The notes under the pieces: model-generated
What the model was told of the DNA's origin: nothing
The model's database searches: none
What the model saw: only the letters and a program-made list of their open reading frames with translations
Position numbers and translations under genes: made by a program
Assembly: GCA_050084985.1 (NCBI GenBank)
Contig: JBITNC010000001.1
Location: forward strand, 8,060,001-8,124,000
Reading direction: 5' to 3'
DNA length: 64,000 nt
From: Nageia nagi
Lineage: Eukaryota; Plantae; Pinophyta
Shown here: positions 26,987 through 42,100 of the stretch, one piece after another
Layout of the letters: each line of letters begins with the position of its first letter
Position numbering within the stretch: the first letter of the stretch is position 1

Positions 26987-28089
26987 GAGTTATAATATTG
27001 AAAGAGAATAGGTCGTTAATTAAGTAATATACTAATTAATTTTTGTTATCAGGTACTAAAATAAGTGGTAATAGATGTATTATTTTTTGTACACAAAAGA
27101 CAAATAACTTGAAAAGAGTATATAAATTGACTAAAATAAAAATACGGTGAATTATAATATTAGAATGGAATATATTGTTATTAACTAAGTAATATAATCA
27201 TTATTTGTGGTATATTAGGTATTAAAAGCGGAGCCCATAACACAGATTCCGACAAGCCAATGGTCGGGAGGGCGTATGAGAGACTCCATTCAGTAACCGC
27301 TGGCAATTGGGTGTAGGCGCTGTATATGGAATAGACGCATATTATTCTTTGTACACAAGAAGACAAATACCATCAGAAGAGTGCATAAATTGATTAAAAT
27401 AATAATAATTAGTTTTGATATAATCTTTTCTTTTATACTAAAAAACATTGTGAAAATTAGAAATTATTTCTTAAAATTATTATTATATCAATAATAAAGT
27501 TTATAAATTATTTGACTGTTGATAATATAATAATGTAGAAACTAATGTATATGTAAATTGTATATAAAAAATTTAAAACAATGAATAGATAAATTTAAAA
27601 TCTAAAATATATAAATTTAAAATAGTTAATCCATTTAAATATATTTATTTGAATAGACAACAAATGTATTTAATTACATATTTAAAACAGCCAATGCATT
27701 GTGTAATAAGTACAGTAATAATTTAATATATTTACAAATTTAAAACAACAAATATATTTAAATATATTAAATTATATACAATTAAAATAATTATATTGGT
27801 ATATTATTAAATTTATATTTAAAATAATTAATATAGTTGATTATTGATTTGTAAATACAGATGAAGTGACATTTTGCTTCTCCATCCTTCGTACTTTTGG
27901 TTGACATTGTAGTTATGCCTCACATAATAATGCTAATTATAATATTAAAATAGAATATGTTGTCAATTAAGTAACATACTAATTAATTTGTGATATATTG
28001 GATAATAAAATTAACTATTAATAGATGCATTATTCTTTGTATACAAAAATATAAATAATATGAGAAGAGTATATAACTTGTCTAAAATA
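26987..28089 (+). repeat. Degenerate AT-rich ~160-bp tandem repeat; continues at 43832-44016 beyond the LINE
   Basis: Unit ..tagaatatgtt..aattaagtaatatactaattaattt..aatagatg(c/t)attatt..tgtacacaaaa..gagtatataaattg.. at about 26987, 27148, 27935 and 43841. Confidence 0.75.
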
Positions 28090-28394
28090 GAAGAGGATGA
28101 ATTTGGAATTTCAATTGGTATGTGCGGAAAAAGCTTAGACCAACTATGAAGCACAGTGGTAGGGAGGATTGGGTGAGCGGACACGGATCGGGCAAGGCTT
28201 AAGGTCTAAAAATGGGGGGCCAATGTTTGAGCTTTAGCTATAGGTAGGAGGAATGTTTGTTGAAGACCAAATAAATAACTTATGTGTAGGTAGAAGGTGA
28301 TGTGTTTGTAAAGGAGAACCCACATCCAGTAAGTACTTTCAACATGTTGGTAGAAAATGGGAAGTGAATTGTACCTTCGAAAGTAATTATACAC

Positions 28395-31300
28395 ATGAAT
28401 AGGGAGGGGTCTTTGAATCTAGTAGGAAAATTTTTGGGGTCGAGACTTGATATGGATTCCATTAAAAGATGGGCCATGGCACGGTGGAAGCCCTTAGAGA
28501 TGTTGGAGTTGACAACAAAGCCTAATGGGTTTTTCATGATTAAACTATCAATGGAAGAAGATAAGGAGAGAATCTTAAATGGTGGTCCATGGTTATTAGG
28601 TAACAAGACATTGTTTATGAGGACTTGGGGTCCATACTTCAACCCAAATTATAAATTATGCGATGGTTTGGGTTAGGTTACCCTAACTACATTTCTATCT
28701 TTGGCATGAGGTGAGAGAATTGAACTATAACATGAACAACTTTAAACTCCCAAGATCATATGAAATCTCATAATACACATATAATAAACTTACAAAGCAA
28801 TCTCACAATATAACACAAGATGTAAGTGGTTCCTTCAACTAGGAGTACATCCACTAATTAGATCTTTACTTGAATCACAAATACAACTCTCTTACAATCC
28901 TCTTAATCTCAACTCCTAGGCACTATCCTATAGCATAACTTACTTCACAATCGATGTGTGATCACAAAGAGCGAGCTTTCTATTTATAGGCCAAAATTCT
29001 TCTTTGGATTACCCTTTTATCTAATGTACAAAAGCATGACATGCACATCCTTTTACCTAAGGGGCATGCTCATGACATGGAATGTAGGACAAGTTACATT
29101 ATCATATTCACTTAAATACTTAAGGTATCAAATGATATCTTTAAGTATTAGTGAATTTACAAAGAGGATTAATACAAACTTTTACAATAATGCATTATAC
29201 ATTCCAACACTTCCCCTTAATACAATATTGGGATAGAGCGAATAAGAAAGAAAAAAAAAAGAGTTTTATTCCAAACAGATACAACGAAGATGAGATTTTT
29301 TTACATATTTGTGAAGTAAGAAAGATCTAGTTTGAGACTCATTACTTTGCCAAATACAATAATTAACCATAATCGATTTCAATGTACATGAAGTAGTCAT
29401 CTAATTAGAATTCATGAAGAGTCTCCAAGAGCCTGCATATTTGAGATAAGTAACCTGCAATCTCAAAAGAACCTACAAGTCATAAGCAACTCAAATAACA
29501 AGATCAGTTAGATGCAACATATTCATCTCAACAAGGATGGATGAATCACATAAATGCCATCATGAACTGATCAATGGTGCACTATAAGTCATCACGAAGA
29601 TGACATGCCAAAAAACTCATAATTACCAGTTGTATATAAAAACATGTGTTTATTATTACAAAATAAAGTATGCACATACGAGTTTCTCACATATGGATAA
29701 CTGAATAGTGCTAAAAGACACATAAGAGTTCTTCACATATGGATAACTGAACAGTGCTAGATTGACTAATCTTTTGCTTTTAAAATTTTGTACAATAAGT
29801 TTTTCACATAGAGCGAACTTACCATGAAAGTGTACAATAAAATCAACGCTATAAAACATAAAATCCTCTTAGGGGTGAATTCATCACAAATATGAATTTA
29901 ACATAAGAATTCAAATTTCACTTCCCCTTGAAGGCAACTTCACTAACCCGATAACATCCCTAAGCTTATAGAACTAAGCTTTTAGAAGGGGTTTTGTGAA
30001 CAAATTAGCAGAGTTCAAGGTGGATGGATAATACTTCGAATGTTTGATGCCATCAAGAACCCTCTCTTTGATAAAATGGGCATGGATTTCTATATGTTTT
30101 GTTCTTTAATAAAACACATGATTTTTAACCAAAGAAATAGCTGATTGATTATTTGAAGAAATCAAAGATGAGCCACCTTGCTCATACCTAACTTCTTTCA
30201 GAAGATGCTTTAGCCAAATGGCTTCTTAGGTTGCAATAGACATGGCATAGTATTCAGCTTCTATAGTGGAAAGAGAAATAGTAGGTTATTTTTTGAAAGC
30301 CCAAGAGATAACACCTGAACCAATGCTAAACACATATGCAAAGGTTAATTTTCTATCATCTCTATCTCCCCCATAGTCAGAATCTGAGAATCCAGAGAGA
30401 GCAAATGAGGGTAACTTGAAATATTTGAGAGTAAAATCCTTAGTCCCTGTAACATACCTCAAGATTTGCTTAAAAACATTAAGATGCTCAACATAAGATT
30501 TCTGCATGAATTGTGCCATTAGATTCATTGTAAAGGTAATATTTGGCTTGAATATAGTCAAATACAAAAGACTATCAATTAATTACTTGTAAGTTGTAAC
30601 ATCAGCTAACTAAAAGTTGGAGCTCAGAGAAATAGTGATTTCAAGAGAGACTAGAATCACAGCATATCTACACTCCATTTCAAATTTTGTAAGATATTTG
30701 ATATATACTTAGATTGATTAAGATAAGTACAATCTTTGTATTGATACACTTACATTTCAAGATTGTAGTATGAGAGACTAAGATCAGTTATTTCAAATGT
30801 TACTTTAAGTTTGGATATGCACTTTTGAATGATTTTATCATTATTCTTAGTTATCAAAAGATCATCCACATAAAAGAGAATCAAGATCACATCTTTTCTT
30901 TGATTGAGCTCATATAGATCGAAGTCAAAAAATACTTAGAGAAACCAATGTTTGCAAAGTACCCTAAAATCTTCTTGTACCAAGCTTTAGGTGCTTACTT
31001 AAGTTCATACAATGACTTTTTTAGTTTGCACATAAAAAACTCTTTACCTTTCACAATAAACCTTTCTGATTGATTCATGAAGATTTTCACATCTAAGTCA
31101 CCATTGATAAATGCACTTTTGACATCAAGTTGAAAAACTTTTCATCTTTGAGCTACAAAAAAAGCAAAGATAATCCTCACAGTAAGCATCTTTACCATGG
31201 GAGCAAAGGTTTTCTTATAATCTACATCGTATTTATGAGCAAAACCTTTGGCTACTAACCTTACCTTGTATTTTTCAATATCTTCAATTGAATTGAACTT

Positions 31301-34300
31301 GACCTTTTAGATCCATTTATTATCAATCACATTCTTCTCATTGGGATAAAAAATCAAGTTCCAACTTTTATTTTTCATACCTCATACTCCACTTTCATGG
31401 CATCCATCTAAGACTCGTGCTTAGAAGCTTCTTTCAATGTTAAGGGCTCATGTTTATTGTCAATCTTAATAAATAAAGATTTATTCAAGGTCATGCTCCT
31501 TGTTACTTTTTTTGTTGGAGAATTTTATTCTTAAGGTGACTTATCTACATTAATATCTAACTAATCAGATGCAACTAAAAAGTCCTCTAGATCATCAACA
31601 TCCTCATTAGAAGCAGATTCTTCAAGAAGTTCATGGAACTTTACATCCCTTGAAATAAACATGACTTTGTAGGAAGGAGAGTAGAGACTATAGCCTCTAT
31701 ATTGACTATCATAATCCATAAAGATGCATTTTTTAGCTTTTTTATCTAATTTTTTTCTTTTCTCAGAAAAATTTTAAAAGAATGCTCAACAACCAAACAC
31801 TTTAAGATGAAAAATGTTAGGTTTTCTTCCTGATCATGCCTCAAAAGGAGTTTTACTTTAAACGATTTTTATGGAACACTTATTTAAGGTGTAAATAGCA
31901 GTGATCATAGCTTCACCACATAAGAAACTAGAAAGATTACCCAACATGCATCTAGTCATTTTCATAATTATTCTATTTTTCATTTCAATAACATCATTTT
32001 GCTGAGGAGTGTAAAGAATTGTAAACTACCTTTTAATTCCATACTTAGCATAATAATCATTGAACTTATTGCTGTTATATTCTTCTCCATTATCTGATCT
32101 CAACATCTTAACTTTAAGGTTAGTCTGATTCTCAACAAAGGCCTTAAAAAATTTAAAACTCTCAAAAGTTTGATCTTTATGCTCAAATAAATACCCAAAG
32201 GTCATCCTACTAAAGTCATCAATGAAGGTCAAGATGTAAGATGCTCCTCCAAGTGACTTAATGTGAAACAAATCTATCAAATTTAAATGCACAAGTTGAA
32301 GAGGTTGAGATGCTCTTGTTGCTTTATCTTTTTCAAATTTTTATTTATGCATTTTGCTAAGAATGCACTTCTCGTATTTTTATCCTTGATGGAACTTGAT
32401 TCATAATGTAGAGGTTATTTTTCATAGATCCTTTAACCAAAGTGGTAAGTTTTTTTTAACATATCAAGATTGAGAGTCGAACTCAAAAGAATACAATTTT
32501 TTAGTAACTTAGATCATAGAGAGAAGGTTCATCCTAAGCTTAAGAACATAGAACATATTATCAAGAATCTTCCCATGAATCAACACACTCCTAATTCTTT
32601 GAACATCAAGGGTGAAGTTATCATCTATCACAATCGTATCTTTTTATACTTTTAAAAATTTTCAAACTTTTTTTTTCAAAGTATAGGTTATTAGTGCAAT
32701 CAGAGTCAACAATCCATTCAAATAAAAAAATAAGACATAGAGTAGAGCATCGTAGCAAAACCAACATGAATATTCTTTTTTCCTTTGAAGTTCTTTACAT
32801 TTACATTTCCATTACCTTTATTTTTTTTCTTTTTTTTATAACAAACAACTTCTTTATGACCTTGGATGCCATAATAGTTATAATTATCATAAAAAAAATT
32901 TCTTAAGATAAAAAATATTTACTTTACCTTTTCCATGTTTTTGCTTGAAGTGGTTATTATTGTTGTTATTTTTGTTGCTATGGTTATTATTCTTATTGTT
33001 GCTATTGTAGCTCATGTTGTTGCTATTGTAGCCATTGCCTCTTTTTTTAAAATCTTTTGAAGAAAGAAGGATAAGATTTTTTTTATGGTTGAACTTCTTT
33101 TTGAAAGGAGATTTGATTGCTCCAAGAGCAATGTTATTATCTTTAAGAGAAGAAATTAACATCTTATTGTTAAAAAATTTCTCATGCTTCAATAGGTGCT
33201 TAGAAAGGTTCTCAAGGGAGAAGACTTCTTCATCATCAAGCTTTATTTCCATAACTGTCACAAAGTTTTCAAACTTTGAAGAAAATTTTTGAAGAATGAT
33301 GAAGACCATGAACTCATCATTGATCTAATTGCATCCATAAGCAACAAATTGAGTCCTTAAATCAATGATTTTATTTAAGTAGATAGCCATATTTTCATCT
33401 TTCTTTTGACAAAATTGATGTAACTTTTAGAGAATGGTAAACCTTCTTGAAAAATTTGAACCAAGGTAGATTTGTTTAAGCTTATCTCAAGTTTTCTTTA
33501 CCAAGGTTAAAGAGGAAATCATCAAGGGCACATCATCTAAAATTACACGATAAATCATGGAGGTTGCCAACTCATTCTTTGTGTTATAAACCTCTAGTGC
33601 TTTTTCATCTGTAGGAGGTACAAGATTATCGTTCACTATTTGCCAAAGCTTTCTAACCTGCAATTTAGCTCTCATCTATGGTTTCCAAATCCTAAAGTTG
33701 AAACTATCAATAATGTGTTTGGGTAAAAAGAATTCTTTCATTTACTATATAAGAATATGAAAACTAATAAGCATGTGGTTTAATAAATAATATTAAATAC
33801 TAAGTTTTTATCAAGTACATAATACATGTTACATTTAACACTAAAAACATGCTTGATTTGATTCATAAGTGCAAATATTTCACAACTCAAGTAATCTATG
33901 TATCCAAATACATTTTTCATCTTAAGAACCGTAGATGTAGAATGACATTATTAAGGCTTATTTTTTTTTATCTAAATTTAGACCTTCACTTAGATGCCCA
34001 CATAAAAGGAATCCAAGTACTACTAATCCTCAACCAATTTGTCTTGATCATTTTTATACTCTCACAAGGATAAGTACCTACTATTTTATAAGGTTATGAC
34101 ATTTATTGGATCGACCAAATTATTAATATTGATTAGGTTTCAAGTTATCCTCCTAGGTTATCAGGATAATCCCTGAATGGACGTACGGATATGTGGTATC
34201 ACTACACATATGCCTATCCACCTATTCGAGTTATATCCAGACCAACAGAGAATTTAGGAGCAATTAAGAAGTACAAACTTTTTACCATTTGGATCGTTAA

Positions 34301-37300
34301 ATTTAAAAGCTTCAGTATACCTGTCCTCACCTTATGGCTCCCCAAACAAGTTATGTTATGAAATGTACATGTGAATGTGTTCATTTTAAAGGGTTGCTCA
34401 TATCAATATTTATATTTTTGTTTGCATAAGCAAATAAATCAAAAATGTGAAACATGAAATAAAGAGCATAAGCAAAACATCATCCATTCAAAATTTGAAA
34501 CCTAAATGTCCAATAGGTTTTGTTTACTAACCTCTAAAGGACATCTTTACAACATTCCTATTTTTGTACAAGTCTAATCTTTTGCAAAAAGAAGTAAATT
34601 GCATCATTACTTAAACTTTAAGTACTAAGCATAAGCATGCATCATTTTATCTTAAAAGTATGCATCTAAGTAAAAAAAAAAAGAACTTTTTAACTTAACA
34701 ATTTTTAAGTAAATAAATACATCATTTAACTTAAAAAATTGAAGTACTAAGCATGCAATTAACTTTTAAGTAATAAGCATTGACTTATAAAATTTAAATC
34801 CTAAGCATGCATTTAAGTAAAAGAAATATAAGGATCTAAAAAATTCAAAGTAATAGACATGCAACTTTGACATAAGGATTTTAAGTAAAAAAATTACATA
34901 AATTTTTTTCCTTTTTTTGTTACTTAAAAAAAATGATCCCTGTAACATTAAAAAAAAAAAAAGCTAGTTTATTTTAGAACTTTGACTAAAAAAATGCCAA
35001 GTTTTAAAATTACCTAAATAATTGCTTATTTTTATAAGCATTAAAAATACAATTTTTGATCAAAGCATAAAAAATTAGTGTTAGGCAAAAAAAATGACTC
35101 CATGTAATGTTACATGTAAAAGAGATATTTTTAAGTTGACACTAAGTAAAACTATATTATATCAAGAAATGAAGGTGTTAAATATTCCCTTCTATTTTTA
35201 ACACTTGATAAAAAAAATTGCTTAAAGATTTATTTCTTTAAACATATTAAAAAAAAAATGCAATTTAACTAAAAAATTGTTAAACTTATAAGTTGTTTAA
35301 AAAAATTCCCGCCAATTAAAAAAGGTACACCCCTCAACAATAAAGAACTAAATGTAAATTTAGAACCATACTCCTAGTGAATGGAGACTTACTAATTTTG
35401 AACTTTTACTCCACGTCAGGTCAGACTCATTAAATCTCATTATGAACAACTTAAGCTTGTTTGACAAGCCAACAAAAAAAATGACACATAAAGAAAAAAA
35501 AAAAGCCTTATTACTTTAATCACAGAGGTCAGGAGGATAGAGGAGAACTACGTCACGCATGGAGGGAGTAGGAGTGGTTGCGATAAGCGAGGACAAGAAG
35601 AGGGTAAGGGTGCCACAGCCTACCAGATCTATTTCCCTTTCCTGTCGTCCTCATGACATTCAGCCACAGACAAAGTGCAAAGAATTTAATGGAGGGGTAA
35701 AAGGTTGGATTTGCTTTGCAGAGCTCGCCCGGGCCAAAGAAAAGACTGAGAGGGTGACACACTTTTCTCCCCACCTGCGTGAGGGCTAAAAAAAAAAGGG
35801 CAGAGGATGCAAATTGCGAGGAGGCTATGGAGAAGACCTGCGGGCAACAACCAACAATAGCGCCACTACAACGTGCTAAAGGAGGTCGCAGCTTAAAAGA
35901 GGGTGGAGCTGAGCTAAGTTAACCACCATAGAGGGCAATGGTAGTGCGTAGGAGGAAGACCATGCGAGGAGGTAGTCTGAAAGCAAGAAGGCTAAGAAGG
36001 TGAGCAGAAGACCCCCCTCAAGTCGCACACCTAAATTCAAGACCACACGCAAGCAATTAGGGCTACTGAAGCCGAGGAGGAAAGGGTTACGTCACCAAAA
36101 CCCTAAAAAAAAAGGTCGCCCAATACTTGGATTGAAAATATCATAATACGGTGACATGGATTTGAGAAAAAAATGCCTCCATCCCATATTTAGGAAGAAA
36201 TACATACAAGTATATGTATTATTATTATTTAAAAAAAAAAAAGGAAATATACCCTTCTTTCAACATATTTCAGGAAAAAAAAATTCTATATAAAATTTCT
36301 TTCAAAATATTTTTTAAAAAATAGAGTATTATTTGAAGAAAATGCAATTTTTTGTGTGTACTATCTTTCCTGATTTTTTTAGAATTAACAATATGCTCCA
36401 AGATTGCAATTAAAAAAAAAGGTTAGTATAAAAAATTACATCATTTTAAGCATAATTTTAAAAATGAACTAACACATATCAAAAAATATGTTAGTATCAC
36501 CTATGAAAATAATCAACAACAAAAAAATCAAGAAAAAATGATTTTATACCTTCTCTTGTGTTTACCTCGAAAAAGAAAAGTAAACCTCATCAAAGGTTGA
36601 AGAAGGATGAAGAACCTCCAAGTTGTTGAAGAAGAGCTTTTACACCAAGCTCTGATACCAATTGAGAGAATTGAAATATAACATGAACAACCCTAAACTT
36701 CCAAGATCACATGAAAGCTCACAATACACATCTAATAAACTCACAAAGCAATTTACAATGTAACACAAGATGTAAGTGGTTCCTCCAACTAGAAGCACAT
36801 CCACTAACTAGATCTTTACTTCAATCACAAATACAACTCTCTTACAATCCTCCTAATCTCAACTCCTAAGCATTATCTTATAGCATAACTTTACTCTACA
36901 ATTGATGTGTAATCACAAAGAGGGGGCCTTCTATTTATAGGCAAAAATCCCTCTTTGGATCACCTTTTTACTCAATGTACAAAAGCATGACATGCACATC
37001 CTTTTACCTAAGGGGCATAATCATGACATGGAATGTAGGACAAGTTACATTATCATATTCACTTAAATACTTAATGTATCAAATGATACCCTTAAGTATT
37101 AGTGAATTTATAGAGAATTAATACAAACCTTTACAATAATGCATTGTACATTCCAACGTGAGGATGTGCTCAAAGCCATAGGAAATGGAATAGAAAAATT
37201 TGTAGCTATAGATAGAGCTACTCGATTAAAGATCATGCTAGTAAATGCTCAAATTTGTGTCAATATCAACTTGGAAGCCCCATTAAGAGAATCCCTAAAT

Positions 37301-37990
37301 ATTGAGATGAAGTATGGTACCTAGACACAAATATTTGAGTATGCTGCTAGTGACATGTGAAGAATGTAAGAAAAGAGGCCATCTATCAAACACATGTTCA
37401 GTGAAATGTAAAAACCTTATCTCAAGGAAGAAGTAGAGGAAAAGACAGGAGGATATGGAGTAGCACCTAAGAAAGAATACTTCATCCTCAAGCGGTTAAG
37501 AGGGAATATGAGGGGGTAGTATAGGCAATAGAAGGCCAACTGCGAAGATAAATACTAAGACCCCTAGTGAGCAAAATAAGGAGAATTTGGTTAGATTAAT
37601 GGAAATAAATGAGAATGCTAATCTAACAGAGATTGAAGGAGAAGATACATAGGGAGAGGGACTCCTAGAGGACCGCTTAGCCAATGTACCAAAGATAGAG
37701 GTGGTCCCAACCACTCAGTGAGGAGAACTAGAGGTAGGGGAGGAAGTTTGATGAAGGGGAGCCAGCCTTGGAGATTCTAGAAAATAATAAGAAGGAAGAA
37801 GGTGAAGATGATGAAGAACTACCTAAGACTCCTGCTAGGAATACTTGCAACAAAAGGAGGATCTTAGTGGATGTGGGAAGAGAGAAATTGATGGGAAGAC
37901 CATCTCGTGCCCTTCAAACGAAATCAAAGATAGAAAAAGAGAAAGCAAAGGGAACCTAGACAATACTGGAGTTAGTATTGGATGAAAAAA
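28395..37990 (+). pseudogene. LINE ORF1 (DUF4283-type with zinc knuckle), split by copia B at 28712-37163
   Basis: LVGKFLGSRLDMDSIKRWAMARWKP..PNGFFMIKLSMEEDKERILNGGPWLLG; removing the insertion restores YLWHEDVLKAIGNGIEKFVAID..AQICVNINL; CEECKKRGHLSNTC-like knuckle near 37356-37397. Confidence 0.85.
28712..37158 (-). mobile_element. Ty1/copia LTR retrotransposon (copia B), decayed, with a ~2.9-kb 5' leader
   Basis: LTRs 28712-29209 and 36663-37158; perfect TSD tgagg (28707-28711 / 37159-37163); PBS gctctgatacca 36649-36660; PPT 29210-29220; gag from about 33741, integrase (YILTFIDDFSR..LRSDNGEEY), RT, RNase H (GFSDSDYGGDRDDRK). Confidence 0.96.
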
Positions 37991-38011
37991 AGACTACCCA
38001 AAGGGTAGACG

Positions 38012-41000
38012 ATGAAAGTCCTATCTTGGAATGTAAGGGGTCTTAATGCCCCTACAAGGCATAGAACTTTGCAAACATTGAGGATAGACTTAAAACTGGA
38101 TATGTTGTTGGTTCAAAAAACTAAGTAGTGGAGGAAAATATACTTGTAGTTCAAAGGAAGGTCTAGCGAGATGCAGGTATAGTGGCCTAACCCTCACTAG
38201 GCTTAGTTGGGGAGCTATTTTGTTTAAGGAATACTAACAAATTGTAGGGGAGGGAGATTGCAAATAATGATAAATTTCATTTGATTTTGTTGAGGGATCT
38301 GGATACTAAAGTTGAATGGATGATAACTAATGTGCATGCTCCCATAACGGTATTAGGAAGACACAATCTTTGTAGAGACCTCAATTCATTCAGAGCTACA
38401 AATGCAAGTGTTCTGTGGCTATTAGTGGGAGATTTCAATTGTACCCTACTTCCTTTGATAAAAAGGAGACATTGAGCTATTTACTAATTACATGGTAGAG
38501 TTCAATGCCTTTCTTCTAGCTAATAGACTGATGGATGTGGAACTTAAGAATGGTAAGTTTACTTGGAGCAATATGAGAGCTGGAGATAAAGTGATCCAAT
38601 CAAGGTTAGATAGATTCTTTCTTTCCTAAGAAGTAATTTACAGTTTGGGGATGTGGGATGACTTACTTTCCAAGAATAGGGTCAAACCACAACCCAATAA
38701 TGCTAGAAGCAAAGGAAAAAAATAATTATCTTTAGTCACCCATTTTGTTTTGAAATGATGTGGTTAATGGATGGAACGCTAGAAGACCTAGTAAAGCTAT
38801 GATGGATGAAACCTTTCATATGATAGAATCTAGCTCAGTGTGCAAAGAAGCTTTGCTTCCTGAAAGGTAATTTGAAGATTTGAAATAAGGAAGTCTTTGG
38901 GAATATCTTTGTCTAAAAAAGAAGAATAACAGAGAAACCTCTTCGATCTAGAAGAGAGAGTAGCGGTTTCATGGTACAAAGAATGGTTATGAATGGCATG
39001 GTTTTGTTGGCTAAGGAGGAGAGATATTGAAAATAAAAGTTGAGGGTTAACTGTTTAAAGGAAGGGATCATAATACTAAGTTCTTTCATATATCAACCTT
39101 GAGGCACATAAGTTATAATAAGATTAGGGAGATAGTAAAGGCAAAATGGCTCCATGATAGGGGATCAGTGGCATATCATAGGGGAGGCAATCCTATTCTT
39201 TACTTCCTTAATTGGTCAAAAGGATTAGTGGGATGAAGAGGCGGTGGAGCACTTAGTATCCAACATTCCAAAGCTTCTCTCCAAATATATGAACAACTAT
39301 CTGTGCAACTCGTTCACAAAAGAGGAAATCAAATGAGAGGCATTTAGCATGAATGGAGATAAAACCTAAGCTCAAATGGATTCTTGATGGTGTTCTTTCA
39401 AAAATTCTATAATATAGTGGGAAAGGAGGTGGTAAAGGTTGTACAGGAAGCATAAGCTTTAAAAAGTGTGCCAAGAGATGTTAATTCAACATTCTTGGCA
39501 CTAATACCCTAGGATAGGTGGTGTTAAGTCCTTTAGAGACTATTTGCTTGAATAGCCTTTGCAATACTTTGATAAGATCTTATCGAAGATAGTCACAAAC
39601 AAGTTAAAGATATCCTCCATTTTATCATAGAACAACATTAGAGGGCCTTTGTCAAAGGTAGATAAATTCTTAATGGCATCATTTCCATTCATGAACTAGT
39701 CCATTCTAGTGTTAGTGCACATAAACAGGGAATGTTTTTGAAATTGGATATGAATAAGGATTACGATAGGGTATCCTAAAGGTTCCTACTTGAGGTGTTG
39801 AGAAGTTTTGGATTTGCTGAGGATTGGGTTGCCATTATTCAAACTTGTATCTCCTCAGTAATTTTTTTAGTCTTGGTGAATGGTTCTGCAACATGCTACT
39901 TCCCCAACAAGCATCGATTGAGGCAAGGAGATCCTCTCTCCCCTTACCTCTTCATCATTTTGGTTGAAGCATTAGGTAGAGCCTTCTCAAGAGATTTGAC
40001 AAACAGAAGTCTTGAAGGCATTATTCTAGCATCCACATTATCGTTGATTATCTTCCAACAATTTGTATATGACACCATTATTTCCATAAGATCCTCTCTT
40101 CCTCAAGCCAGGGCCATCAAAGGCATATTAGAAGATTACAATAAAGCAACAATACAAAAGGTAAGTTTTAACAAGAGCAAACTAATTTTTATCAATACTT
40201 CGATAGCTTTACAATTTGGTGTGGCAAAAGATTTTGGGTGTGGAATTGAATATTTTCTAGCTACATATTTAGGAGTGCCCCTCTTTAAAGGAAGAATGAA
40301 AGAAGATTATTAGAATCCAATGATGGATAGGTTAGCCAAGAAATTGGTAGCTTAAAAATGGGCCCTATTGAGCTAGGTGGGTAAGTGTCAACTTATAAAA
40401 TTATCTCTTGAAAGTATCCTAGTCTACTTCCTCTATGTGTTTAAAATTATAGGTTCGATAAGTAGGAAGATAGAACAAATCCAAAAAAATCTTTATTTGG
40501 GGAGGATTTGAAGAAAGGAAAAGAATAGCTCTAGTGTTATGGGATAAATGTTGTTGGTCTAAGAGTGAAGGGGGGTAAGGGTTGAGGAATGTGACCTTGA
40601 TGAACAAAGCATTAATGGGAAAGCTGGGATGGAAGCCTACAAAGGAGGAAGATATCCCTTGGGTTAAAATTTTAAAGGCAAAATACCTTAAAGAGGCTTC
40701 ATTCTTGGACAAAAAAGGACTACACCAAGATCATGCTTTTGGAATAAAATCCAAAGTGTGCAAGAGTGGTTGCGTAATGCGAGAAGATAGAAGATAAGAT
40801 ATGGAAGGAAGGTTCACTTTTGGGATGATCCATGGTTGATCGAAACTCCTTTGATTCATATCCCTCACTTTGGAAATCTTAGAAGGTTCCTATAACCCAA
40901 CTTTGGTAGCTAGGTGAGAGATTAATTTGAGATAAGGGAAGGAAGGAAAGTGTGGAAAAGTCTAAATTATGAGGTTCCAAAGGAACTTTAAGGAATCATA

Positions 41001-42100
41001 AAGGAATTAAATCTCCTATTAAAAGCCTATCTATTAGCAATCTAGAAGGATTAAGATGAGTTCGTATGATCGAAGGAGAAGAGTGGCAAGTACTTAGTGA
41101 AATTTGGGTATGACTTTATAAGACCAAAAGGAGGGGATTGGGATTGAACTAAAAAGGTTTGGAACAAATATCTTATTCCCAAAGTGAATATGTTCTGCTA
41201 GTTAGTTATGCATAATAGGCTTCTTACTTTGAACAATCTAAGGAGAAGGGGTTTTGGCTTCCCAAGCAAATGTCCTTTATGTGAGAAATGGGAGGAGGAT
41301 GTTAACCATCTCTTTTTGCATTGCTCATTTGCGAACGAAATTTAGTCTAAGTTATTTGATTCCTTCATATGTAAATGGGTGAATCCCAAGATGATCGCCC
41401 TCCTATGTTTATAATGGGAATCTCCAATGGCTAGTATGAGATTGAAAGAATTGTGGTGCATGAGCTTACCGCATGTGCTATGGGGGATTGAAAGGAACTC
41501 TTGGAGTTTTAGAGAAAATAAATCTAGTTGGATGGAAGTGTGGACAAAGGTGGTGAGCTTGATAAAGGACAACTTTAATATAATACACTTCAAGGATGAC
41601 TGGGAATATCTAGAGGAAGTAGCTATCCTAGCTGAGTGGGGAGCTAAGATAGTGACAAGGGTGAGGGTTAATAATCGTAGGGGTGACTTCCACTAGGAAC
41701 CTCCTCCCAAAGGAGTCCCTAAATTAAATTTTAATTGAGCATCAAAAGGTAACCTAAGGAAGGCAAGGTGTGGAGGCATTTTTCATGACCATAAGGGTGA
41801 TACAATCTTAGCTTATGCAAATCTACTTGATCATCAAATGAGTTATTTTATAGAAGCAAAAGTAATTCATAGAGGAGTGGAGATAGCAGTTGAAAGGGAC
41901 CTCTTCCCTTCAATGATTTAAGGAGACTTAAGAACTATTATTGACCACCTAAAGGGAGTTTCAAAGTCGAGTTGGACAATAGAGACTCTCATGGAGGATT
42001 ACAAGCGAATGGTGGTAGATAAAGTTGTTGTCTCAACATCCCATGTATTTCAAGAAACTAACTCCCTTGTAGATGGGCTAGCCACTATGGACATCTACAA
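38012..42100 (+). pseudogene. LINE ORF2: APE endonuclease, reverse transcriptase, zf-RVT, RNase H
   Basis: MKVLSWNVRGLNAP at 38012; VGDFN; SRLDRF; KLDMNKDYDRV; LRQGDPLSPYLF; YLGVPL; CPLCEKWEEDVNHLFLHC (about 41271-41325); PPPKGVPKLNFN*ASKGN..CGGIF (about 41700-41785). Many stops and frameshifts. Confidence 0.93.
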
